DNA of 64,000 nt from Tubiluchus corallicola (taxonomy: Eukaryota; Animalia; Priapulida): contig JAQGDQ010000129.1 in assembly GCA_030141605.1 (NCBI GenBank), positions 70,781 through 134,780 of the forward strand, given 5' to 3'. The position numbers and the translations under genes were made by a program. Within the stretch, counting starts at the first letter, position 1. The number at the start of each line of letters is the position of its first letter. The notes below the pieces were generated by a model. It was not told where the DNA came from. It did not search any database and saw nothing but the letters and a program-made list of their open reading frames with translations. Shown here in pieces: positions 27,909-39,915 of this stretch.

Positions 27909-30900
27909 GTTAAACTAATGTCGTTATTAATATGGTTAATGTCTGATAAATGGATAGGTAACTAATAAATAGATTTTAAAGCAATATTAATGCATTCTGA
28001 ACAGATCACAGCCATTTGGTAGGCAAATTAACTGCATAATTTCTCGGGTAGAGGCAAAGTCTGACCATTTTTAGTTATCTAGTTGTCTAGTTGTCTAGCT
28101 TCAAGTTAAAACGTTAAGTTGCATTTGTTCTAAAAATGGAGTGCAAACGTCAAACTAAAGTCTTTTTAAAAGCTAAATCTCATAACAGTCAATTTAGTTT
28201 TTGTTCTGCATCAGTTTTATTAGCATAAACAATTTTCCCAATAACATGCCAAAGGATTGGTCCTAATTTTAAAATTTCAAAATAGTGAAACATCGTCATT
28301 TAACTGCATGCCATCTCTTAACCGTCAGAGCACTCGAAACGAAAGACGGTTCGAGTGTCAGCAGGATTGCTATCCATGCTTATACTCTTATCTTTTGTAC
28401 ATACCTGAAAAAAGTGGTAAGAACGAAGTATAAAGCGGCTATAAGAACTACCTATTCTGCTGGTATTAACCACCAAGTTAATTAATTAGCCTAAGTAATT
28501 TAACGCATTTTATACTGAAAACCTACCGGGACTTAATGAAAAACTAACAAAATAGGACGCCTAACCTCACTGTGGTACAAACAGGGACCCCGTAAACGCA
28601 GTACAGTACAGAAAAATAAAATGCATTTGGGAGTATGCCAGCCTCTAAACAATATGCTAAAGCAACTTGGCACTGAAATTTGGGAGTTCACTAGTGTTTA
28701 GGCTTGAAAATATCGATGCTTAATTTAGAAGCAACAGTTACTGTCTTTTTACAACTTCAGACGTGCATGTATGCCAAGGACTGTTTTTGATTAGTTGACA
28801 TTCAAAGGTCAGGTTCAATGGGCTAATCAGAAAACCGTACACTTTTTGGCTATTTGGGTTACGTTACCGGTATTTAAATTAAATTTAGGAGCGACATGCT
28901 ATCGTTTAGATTAAGCACTGGAGGAACAGCAGAGGTTAGTTACATTACGATATTTTGTCAAAATTGATTTTAGTTTTCTTATTAAAACAGTTAGTTGGGT
29001 CTTATAGATTATAAATTGTAAAAAAGACACAAAGGGAACGTTTTGGACTAGAATTACATTTGTTTACTTGTATAGTACAGACTCGGAGAATACAGAATTT
29101 TTGCTTTTATTTATTTATAATAATTACTTACGAATGCTTCCTAGTAATCACATGGCCATCTGTTTTTACGGTATTATATTACTTTCATCATGAATCTTAC
29201 CAATGATATTAATACTTTTATTACCTTATTATGACCGGCAACGACGTATAGTTCTCACGCATTATTAAACTACTGTCATAAAACCATGCTCGCAAGTATA
29301 CGTTAATGAACTACAGAAGTTTTAATGGTTTAATGTCATTATTCGTTGTTGTGGATACTAAATAATTGGCGCCACATTCCTTGACAGTTTACATTATTAC
29401 ACTGGACAGTCGTCATATCAGACCTCACTACAGTAAACCAGACAGCAAGTCTAAGGCAATCATTTTCAAAACACTTCTTACTGAAAAAAGTATAACAATA
29501 AAAAAAAATCCCCTGTAGTAACTGCAAATGTCTAACACTGTATTATTTCTTCTGTAATATGTCTGTATAGCGTTCACAGACCGCTGCTACAGTGAATGCA
29601 TTAAAGATATTGATTTATAATACTCAGTACATAAAAATACAATGAAATTACGTAATAGAAGAGCACAAAATACATATGCATCTAAAAACATTACAAAGTT
29701 GAAAGATTTGCTACTGATCAAATATGCCTTCCATGACGTTAACTGCTTCAGTGTAGACTCCGTTACTTCAAAATCGACAGTAGTTAATAAAAATATTTAT
29801 GTTATCAAAATAGCTTCTAAAACACTTTTTGTGACTAAGAAGCGAACTCTCTTCAGGAATTCTAAATTACATTCTTCAACAAACAACAGCTAATTTGTCT
29901 TGTGAATTAATCTATCAATAATATGCCAGCTGCATTTTGAAATAGAAAGTGACCTAATCAAAGCAGCTTTTACATTTCGAAAAAAATAAAAGTTTTACTC
30001 ACATTGCATTTGAGCTTGCGCAAAATAACGTGTCAAATATTTTTTCTGTAGTACAAATTTTAATGACGGGTTTTCCTGTCAAAACATTGTTGGGTAAGTA
30101 AACATCACGTCACGTTGTCAGTCAAAACGTGGCGTCAAGCAAGTTGTTTGGTTAAAAAAATACGAAACATGCTGTTGCGTTGCATTAATAACATTTTTAT
30201 AACAATAAAAATATTGCAGTTAATCTACGAAAGTTGTGGTGCACTAATTTATGCACACAGGTTTTCGCTTACTTGTAAGATTAGTTCGAACCACAGAGAC
30301 ACAAAACACGTGATAACGTTGTGAAATTACGATTTTGCTTCAGAACTGCATCGGAAAATCAACTGATCAAAACGCGTAATATATATTTTTGTAGTCCGTT
30401 TCTGTTCTCGAAGTACAAATGATTCACGTCAGTAAATGTAGCATGTCGCATTGTTTTATGTTTGTCGTAATATCATGGGTTCCAAAATAACCATCGAGCA
30501 AATCATACACTTTATTTAAGGAAAATTGCAGAGGAAAACGTAATGCTCTCTCGCGTCCAATAAAACAGCGAAATTGCGGCATTTTGGTCTGCAATTTCGA
30601 GCAAAGAAATTTCTAAATGTTGGTATTGTAGTTTGGTGATTTGCGACAATAGTAAATTTTACTGGCAGTAGTATAATCCGTTAAACTTTGGCTACTACTT
30701 GACTGGATGAAGAAAAAGTTCGACAGCGAAATAAATACAGTACCAAAGTTTAAGAAAGCGAGTTACAAGCCGAAAAATTACAGGTAATAAACTTCGCTTA
30801 TATTGTCTTCGTGGAAAACTAAGGAAAACATTGAGAGTAGAATTATTTTAGTATTTTTTAGTTTTTGATAGATAGCATAAAATTGTTGTGAAGACTGAGA

Positions 30901-30925
30901 TATCTGCGCGGCGCATGCCCCCCCT

Positions 30926-31140
<215 letters not shown>

Positions 31141-31564
31141 CTTCTATTCTTCCTCTTCTGATAACATTTTTTAGTCTGTGTCAGAGAGGTCTGCACCAGT
31201 CTTTCAGACTAACACCCAAGAAATTAATCTTACTTACACCCAGTAATATCAGACTAACAGTATATAAGTAGTCTTATATACATTTTATACATTTTATATA
31301 CATAGAAATTATACATTTTTCCACGTGTGGTATTATTACTGTTATGTCACTAGTGATATGTAGTACTTTCTGTTTTTTTCTGATTAATTGTCCGTACTTG
31401 AAATTCTTGGCTTAATTAGTAATTAATTGTCATAATCTGTAACATCTCAAAAATGGCATTTTGTGATTTTGTGCTCTTTGTTGTTCCTTTTCCCTTTTGT
31501 TTTTTGTTTTCCATTTTTTTAACTTGCGGCATTCCTCACGAAAATGGAACACATTATTTTATAT

Positions 31565-31993
31565 GGCCCATTTCACAGTGAGGATGCGTGGCAAAATTTC
31601 TCATGCAATTCTTCGAACAATTCCATGCTAACTAGAAGCTATGCGTCCTCGTCGTGAGGAATTATGCCGCGTGGTAGAAATACCGCATGTTCTATTTAAA
31701 TATATTTATTTATATATGTATATTTTCAGAATTTGGCCAGTAGAACTTTACTGAAAAAACAAACAGGTCTGACATTGCATTGACTATTATTGTTAATTGT
31801 ACTTTGTATATGAGAAATACAGCAAATATAACTTAATTTAACCATAATTAAGACACAGTATAAACACGCAAAAAACCGCGCGCTATCACTGTGAAATGAA
31901 CTTTCTTGCTACATCGGATTTCGAGAAAAATCTGACTTTCTGACAACAATTTCGTGCGTCATTTTTCCTTGCGTCCTCAGTGTAAAAACTACC
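31565..31993. mobile_element. MITE-like element with about 30-bp terminal inverted repeats (possibly PIF/Harbinger-type)
   Basis: Left end GGCCCATTTCACAGTGAGGATGCGTGGCAAAAT matches the reverse complement of the right end, GGTAGTTTTTACACTGAGGACGCAAGGAAAAAT. The superfamily is an inference. Confidence 0.5.
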
Positions 31994-32621
31994 TGAGGTT
32001 AAATAGCCCTAACCGAGTTTTAGAAACATATAGTCCTAATCAGCCACTAGAACGCATCCATTGCCTAAACATTATCACATTCGCTACAGTATATAAAATT
32101 CAGTTGATGTATTTTTATACTTCTGATATGAATAGTTTAAACACTTGTAATACAAATAAATTTAAAGCAAACGTTATTTTTTGTTATATGGCTTTGTTTC
32201 TGTAAGTGGTACAGCAAACGAAGCCCTGCATGGCAATATAGCAAGTTGCGTGTGGCTTCATTTAGCCACTCTGATTGATCGTAGATTGATCACTTACACG
32301 AGTACAGATTAAGAGCAGTTAGTAACATAAACTGTGCCAGAAGGGAGCTAATAATCAATTGCTCACAAAATTGACTTTGAACTTTACATAATAATACTAA
32401 TGATCTGCTGACAGCGCTGACCGTTGCTGGTGTAATTCATAGCTCGCAATAAATCAGCGAGTGACAATTCAACCCCCATGGTGCAGCTTACCCGGATGAT
32501 GGATAAGATGGTGTGACTATGGATGACGAAAGATGTTCTGCCCTTTGTGTTTTTTCATTCCTACTTGCCAACATTCCATCTTTTGTTCGTCACTTGCACA
32601 TTCAAGCACATGCACATTTAC

Positions 32622-32830
32622 TTAAAGGAAAGGCCAAGCCTTTTGTGGAGTTAGGCTTATTTTAATGTTCGCGAAAAGCATTAGAAGGATTTGGTATAAA
32701 AGTACGATAAGCGCCTCATGTAATTAGTAAAGTCGTTTTAAAGTCATGATCATTTCACGCTTGGCTGCTCCCATTTTGAGCACCCATCTTACCACCAGCA
32801 ACGTCGGCCAAAGTAAAGCAGGGTAATGTC
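32622..32830 (+). mobile_element. TTAA DNA transposon (Kolobok-like), family 2 terminus
   Basis: TTAA-AGGAAAGGCCAAG... aligns to 43905-44080 (shared AAGCGCCTC.TGTAATTAGTAA and TTCACGCTTGG). Confidence 0.65.
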
Positions 32831-35800
32831 AATTTTCTTCAAAAGCATAGTAAGTTTTACTAAAATGTATTTAATCTAGCTTTGTGATATTTTTGCTTGA
32901 ACATCAGGTAAGCTGCAGAAGTTTGAATTAGTTTAAATAGCGCGGTTACGGAAAGCCATTATGCGCTTACGAAAAGTCACGAAGTCCACCAATTATATCA
33001 TAATTTTCAAGTAACTGCTTCTCCTCCTTTCCTTCTTCTTGTCTCATTGCTACTTCCCAACATTTCCCTTTCTTTTAGCAGCAGTTCAAAGATTATATTA
33101 ATTTTTCTATAAACCACTTATGCTTGTAATTTTGCCATATCTAAACAAGATGTCTAGCTCCTCTGTGAGCCCATCAACCTTCTAAGGTGCACAAACACTC
33201 CACCTAATAACTGCAAGTGTAAAAAGGATATTAAAGTGACCTGGGATTTCAACGTTATTTGCAGCAAAATGCCAGCCAATTTGCACCTCATTCAAGCGTG
33301 TAAATTTTGTACGAGTCGCACGTCATACTTCATTGATGTTATTTGTTTACAGTAAGCAATTTATAGCTAACAAAGTACGAGAAGCAGGATGACAGTGGCC
33401 GAGTGCATGTGATATGGAGAGTGCTCAGTTGGTCATTTCATTAGATTCTGAACAGAAATTCACTGATCTGAGAAACACATCGCAGCAGTCTCTGCCATCT
33501 GGAAAGTTGGTGGATCGGAAAATTCCAACTGCTGCAGTCCTAGTCATAGACAGCATTGGAATTAAAATTCCATCGAACAGCAAAGTCACTGTTATGCATA
33601 TAATAATGTTAAAAATCATAATCAAATCTAATAAATGAAAAATGATTTCATTTATTTGCAAGTCAGGCATATGGAAGTTCTGGCTTATTTTTTTAACTTT
33701 ATTTTCATATGCATATTTCTCGTTAAAATCCAGAATTTCGAGATCACTCCATTCTTTTACGAAGCTCTTCGAGTGTTGCGACTTCTGCTCTGTGTATTTA
33801 GTTCCTATAAATTGCTATACATTTCGGTATTATAAAGAAAACCTCTGCCACTCACAATCTGTAAAGATGCTGCTACCTTGCCTATCGTGCTTGCTGCCGA
33901 TTCAATCACATATCTTTGAGATGCGCAAGCATTCTATGTAGTTTGTGGGGGACATTTTACAGTAACTGCATTTAGATTATAGAAAACTGACTTGGAAACG
34001 GTGCAACGCATTCAGACAGAGCAGCAGTTATTGCCTGAAATAATCAGATGAATAAATGAATTCGCGGCGACATAAAAGTTGCAGCACATGAATCTCCATC
34101 AATCTTGTTTTCAATACCCAATTTATAATATTTTCACCTTAGGTGCTCTTCCGGTGAACAGGAAAAATTGATTTCACGCTGGGTTGGCCAGAGACTCCAT
34201 AAGTCAAAATTTCTCGTTTGTATTTATGGCCGCCTGATGGTTTCTTTGCAGCTTACGAGGGAACAAAAATGGGTTATAGCGGTAAAGAAGTCTAAGCGGT
34301 CATGGTTTATTGAAGGTCGTAAAGGTACAATCGCCTAACAATGTGCCAGCAAGGGTGGAGGACGGATGTCGTTGTGGATGTATTGAAAATTAAAATGATT
34401 ACGATGTTTCAGCTTCAGTCGAATTGAAAATTCAGTTTTATATTCCAACAATAGTGACAACCATTAGTACTGGCTTGAAAAACGAAACTGCCTGTCTGAA
34501 GTTTTTAATGACATGCGTTAGTTAAATTTAGCCGCACAGTTATACAAAGCTGGAATTTAGCTATTTAGGAAGGAAGTACTCGCAGGTAGAACTGGCAAAC
34601 ATAAATATGCAATTAAAGCAAAAAGCAAAAAGCTTGGACAAGTGCACTCCAAGCGTTCATTTCGTGAAAGACTGTAAACTGAACTTATGTATAGTACAGT
34701 ATGTATGCGTATGTAGAATAACCGATTAGAATAAATTAGTAAAATAATTTTTAAATTCAGATTTTGGATGGAATTTTTATTCCAACCCAGTCGTCCATAA
34801 TTATCTATGCAAGTAGTTTTTTATTGGGAAATTATAGGTGGTTTTTATCTTTACTAATTGTACAATATTTGTATATAGCTTTAATTTTTTAACTATTAGT
34901 TATGTTGTTGCTATATACAGTAATTTTTTACATGCTGTAAAATGTTTTTTACTTTCTGTTTTTTGTTGTTTTTTTTTGTTTTTTTATATCATGACTGCAG
35001 AGAGAAACGCAATAAAAAATTGTGAGCACTTATTGGAATAAGACTGTTCCTTATTTTTTATTTTTGTTTTTATTTTTTGTTTTGTATGGCTTTATTTCGT
35101 TTTGCTTTGAGATCACAACTACAGAGATACATAACGTCACGCTTAACCAACAAATACTCTAGAATAAAATTTAGTGAAAATTGATTTAATTCCTCGTCTG
35201 TCAATCCCTAGTAACGGCGGTGTCGTACTGCACCTCCCTTAAGAAAATTTGTGATGGCTCAGCTGTTTCAAGAATCTTTTTGCAGCTGATATTCGTTCTT
35301 ATGGAAATTTGTTTAACTTAACTTCTACTAGGTAGAATATTTATTAACCAATGGCTTAGGAATTTTGAAATTTCTGGTTTAAATGGCAAACTCAGATAAC
35401 ATTTCTTACACTCATTTTCATAGTAGAAATTGTGACACCGTGGTAAAAGATATTAAGTTGAATGCCGATTTATTTCAGACCATATAGGATTATTCTGTTA
35501 GTAATGGATGACAAAGTGTCATTTTAGTAATCGTTGTAGTCACCTGCGTTACACTATTTTGAGTAAGTTATGTAATGGCTTTGTTATAATGTAGAGAATC
35601 TTCGATACGAAAATATTACCTAGCAACATAGTGAAAATGACATTTTGGGACAAGACCCACATGAAAATTTTAGTACTGTCGTTCAGACAGTAAATCCCAA
35701 GATCCACTCTATCGTATGCAGTTAAAAATTGGTTATCTGATTGAAGTCGTTTTTGTCCCTTGTTCTGAATATGAGCTACTGGACTAAAACAAAATGTTCA

Positions 35801-35889
35801 ATAATTATTATAATCTTAACGCCAACATTATTATTAGTGATAGAACTATAAAATATAGTTAATTACCCACGCTAAAAATAAGGTTCAAA

Positions 35890-35965
35890 ATGTGGCCGAG
35901 TGGTTTAAGGTGTTTGCCTTGTAAGCAGAAGATCATTGGTTCAAATACAGGCTGTATACCAACTT
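35890..35965 (+). mobile_element. tRNA-derived SINE head
   Basis: A box TGGCCGAGTGG and B box-like GGTTCAAATAC. Shares both ends with the copy at 50381-50468. Confidence 0.65.
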
Positions 35966-37443
35966 GATCGCATTTCCTGTCTTACAACTTTTGTGTTAAA
36001 ATTTATATAATTGTGGATTTGTTCCATCAAAATGCTCATTGTTTTATGAATGCAAAAAAACGAAGCTAATGCTTTTTCTGGCATTTCCTTTCAGAGAAGC
36101 TTACAAATACTTTGCCGGGCAGAATGTTTTCAACTTACGTGCGTATCTCTGCGTCGTTCACTAAGCTTACTAAATTTTACTGAAAGCATATTACGCATAA
36201 AATAATACATTTTCCGTCTCATTTTACATAAAATAATACTCTGAAGATACAATTAATACTTGTGTTTTAGTTGCCACCTCAAAGCGTACTATGATAAAGC
36301 TCTGGTTAAAGAAGCCAGGTCATTCCAGTTAATGCTAGAAGCCAAGCCATGCACTAAGAAGCCCGGCTTTCGCTGTGTGTAGGCTTTGCATGCATACAAA
36401 GCCGGTAAAGGACTTCCTGAATTAAATCTAGTACATACAACGTTGTAGCGAATGCAATTGCGCCCTGGATCTATAAACATTTGCACGTTGGAATGAAACA
36501 TCATTTGATAATAACCTCACGCTTGAAGTGTGGTGATTCCACTGCTTAATCGACTTGTAATTCAACTGTGACATGTAACGGTGTGCAGCATGCAATGTAA
36601 TCGGAAAATTGCATTTCTTGTAGCACGCGATGTCTACTAAATCAATCTAATAATCGCAATAAATAGCAGATTGTTTAACATTACAGTTACAGTTAACAAC
36701 GCTAAAAGATTTGCGCATTGACCTAGTACGCACCGTGTCCACTTCCTCGTAGTTCAATGAAAATCTTAGTTTCCAGCAAAGGGCGTAGGCTAGTGGTTAC
36801 GACACTTGGTAGTCGATCCCGTGGCTCTGTGTCGAAACCCATACATGTCGGTGTTTCTCGAACCGCACAACACGGCTTTCTGACCTTCCTAGGTCTACTC
36901 AGCCTTAACTTTATTTTCCGAGACTTCATAATTAGATACCGTAACAGTCTATCTCTACCTACCATCGGGGTGTGGGACCATTCTTCCTCATTTTTTTTCG
37001 AAATAGTTTCATAATGTATGCAGCATGTAGCGCCGTTCTCTCTACATATGTAATTGTTTTCTGTAACACTGAAATACGATACACAGATTGCTATTGCGTA
37101 TATTACGTCAAATTCAATAGTCAAGATGTGAAAACAAGATATGAAATGATCGAGTTACAATGTATGTATTGCATCCGATAACCGGAAATGCACAATAGGT
37201 AACGTGTAGAGACGTGTATATAATTATTAAAAGTAAAAATAGGATCGATAGGTAAATGTCGCAGTAAAGATACGGAAAGAAACTATGTTCCTGCTAATAA
37301 ATTTTATTTTAACAAAATAACTATATACACGTACTAAATCACTAAAATGTGGCTTGGTTCATATGATCCTATCACTAATATAGCTCAAAATGTATTTTTC
37401 AATAATGGAATGCTATGGAATGCTTTCACTGATACTAAAGCCA

Positions 37444-37492
37444 TATTATTATAAAAGACTACGTGTGTCTGTGTGTCTGTCACTTTGTGCAC
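37444..37492 (+). mobile_element. Possible 5' end of a non-autonomous Helitron
   Basis: TATTATTATAAAAG followed by GTGTGTCTGTGTGTCTGTC resembles the start of invertebrate non-autonomous Helitrons. No 3' hairpin or CTAG end identified. Confidence 0.25.
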
Positions 37493-38915
37493 CCCTCAAT
37501 CATTGCAAATGCAGAACTGAATGGTACGTAAAACAATGCCACAACAAAAATATGGAGGCAATGTTCCTGCTAATAAAATTTATTATAGTCATTCAGTTAT
37601 AATGGAAACCCATTCATTTATAATATGGTCATCCCTATAGACGCCACGAGACAACAATAACTTACTACAACAGTAAAAAGAGTAATGTTCATGATAACCT
37701 TTTGAGTGCTGACAGCATGCGTGATATTCCAATGTATTACAATGTTAAAACAAACAACGTAGACCATGTTTCAGAGTTTCAGTGGATGTTCTCACATCAG
37801 AACATGGCCGAGACACCCCTGTTCATGCAGTACCTCATCTTAGAGAATTATCCGTGATACGTGATAATAGGTTCCGCCCCTGCCATAACCATCAACGTTA
37901 GAATGATCCAAACTTGCAGGATGCCGAACTGTGTAAAAAAGACAAGGTGTACAACCAAGTTGGAGCTCGAAGAAGCCGAGCAACTTGCTGGCACACTGAC
38001 AACTGGCTTCATTTGATATGAAAAATGAAAACCTCGCTGTAAGAAGTATTACGACATCGCTAAGAATTTGCTGGCGAGAGATTTACATTAAATTTGGCAG
38101 ATTCACCAGCAGAAGTTTGTGACAAGCGAAGCATCAATTCATAGCAGATGCAGGGATGATAGTTGTTATCCAAAAATAGTAGCAGTTTTTTAGAATAAAT
38201 ATTTATTAGTGACTATGTCAGTGGTAGTTTCGGTAAGATGAATGCCACGTGCTACTGCTAGAGAAACCAAAATATAACGTATGTGTCAAAATATAAGACT
38301 GCGCACGCGGTTAGGTTCTAGATGAGCCTATAACTTAACATAAGCTCAAAAATTATAATAGTATGTCAAAAAAATTCACATAGCATTATTTCATTCCATG
38401 TACTGTTGTTTGTAAAACACAAAAAATAACGCTGAAATGCGGAGCCGATAAATGTAAACAAAAACAAGAAATGGGACTTACTTGGAAAACTTAAAACCCG
38501 AAAACAGATGATAATTATTGCTAATGACGTAAAGCAATTCTTAAACAATACGTTGACGCACATACAGACATGAACTTAAAATGTAGCTTTGCTTAAATCT
38601 ATTGCAACACGGCCGTGTAAAAGTACGTTGAGAAAAAATTAAAATTTATTTCTGTGAGTATAGACGGGGTGGTTTTATCACCTGTGTGCTTGGTTATCAC
38701 GTCGACTATAAATGGTTTGATTGAGCAACATCATAAGAACTTTACCGTGATTAAATACGCCACACGACCTACAATTAAGCGAGAATAATATCGCTACAAT
38801 ATCGGACAAAATGGGGAGCAAACATAAGTACTGTAAACGCACTAAGTCAACAACACATGCGGTACGGTTAGCTTTCATTCTATTGGCTTCAGTATAGAAC
38901 TTAATTGTCACTTAC

Positions 38916-39044
38916 CAGTTAGCTCATACGTGACAGGTCTGATGACTTCTGTGTGTCCTAAAACATCCTCGGTGCGGTACCTGTGAGAGTACGTGGCAGA
39001 AGGATTGCTCTTTCCACTGTGGGAACTCCCGCCACCACTCCAAG
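38916..39044 (-). CDS. Putative coding exon 2 of an unknown gene (WSGGGSSHSGKSNPSATYSHRYRTEDVLGHTEVIRPVTYELT)
   Basis: 129 nt, phase 1-1 and fully open, with acceptor TATTCAG and donor CTG|GTAAGT. GC is well above the flanks. Confidence 0.65.
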
Positions 39045-39814
39045 CTGAATACATTTTTGCTTGCGAGAAAAAAGCTGCGACTTCAGTAACGAAAGGCAGA
39101 CTATAACTTTAATAGCAGAAATTTTACTATAATAACATTGTTGTCGTCACGTTGCATAACAAGTTCCGTTGGCAATTTGCTCATCACATAATATTGATTA
39201 ATATACTGTCCATTCAGGAGCAAGTTATTAATAGTCGCTGCATTTCTTACTAATTAGCTAATTTGATGCTGACGCACTCCAAACCTGCTAAGTACTGCAC
39301 AACATTACAAAACTTTCAGTTATATGGCTGCAAACTAAAAAAAACCAATAAAAACACAATGGAAACGAAAATTAGTTCTACATAAAAAATTCTTCACCAG
39401 TTGACTGTGGTATTTATTTTGATAGCAAGCACATGTTCTACATGTAAGTCTACAAACAACAAACTACAAGTACAGAGATCTTGTAGAATCTGAGTCAAAG
39501 GCATCGCACTCGCTAACTAGATATTAACTCGTCGCAGTACACAGTCTTGATAATACAATAAACCACACGATCAGGCAAACACTATATTAGCTATTAACTG
39601 TGAAACGAGCTAGTCAGCAACTTCGTTCGCGACCACTCTGTCAATTGCAAGCCTCTCTAAAAAGCCGCCGCGAATCCGAGGCTATTTGCCGGTACGAATC
39701 CGAGGCTATTTTTCAGCTTGTCCACGTTTAGTGAAGCCAGCCGGAGTAGTTGAGAAGAATGATAATCAGCGGCTTCAGTAACACTCATTCAGATCACCTG
39801 CTGCACTGACATAC

Positions 39815-39833
39815 CAGCCCTCCCTCTCTGCAT
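39815..39833 (-). CDS. Putative first coding exon (MQRGRA) splicing to 39044
   Basis: ATG at 39833 and phase-1 donor CTG|GTATGT, matching the phase of the 38916-39044 exon. Lies in a CpG-rich island-like stretch (about 39620-40030). Confidence 0.45.
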
Positions 39834-39901
39834 CCCAATCAATTCTAGCAACGTGAGCGGCAAAAATCGAATTGCTACAGTACCGTGAGGTTGTCAGCGA
39901 G

Positions 39902-39915
39902 CCCCTAGGGGGCGC
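39902..39915 (+). promoter_or_regulatory. CTCF-like motif in a putative promoter
   Basis: CCCCTAGGGGGCGC closely matches the CTCF core CCASYAGRKGGCRS, about 70 bp upstream of the ATG at 39833. Confidence 0.4.
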
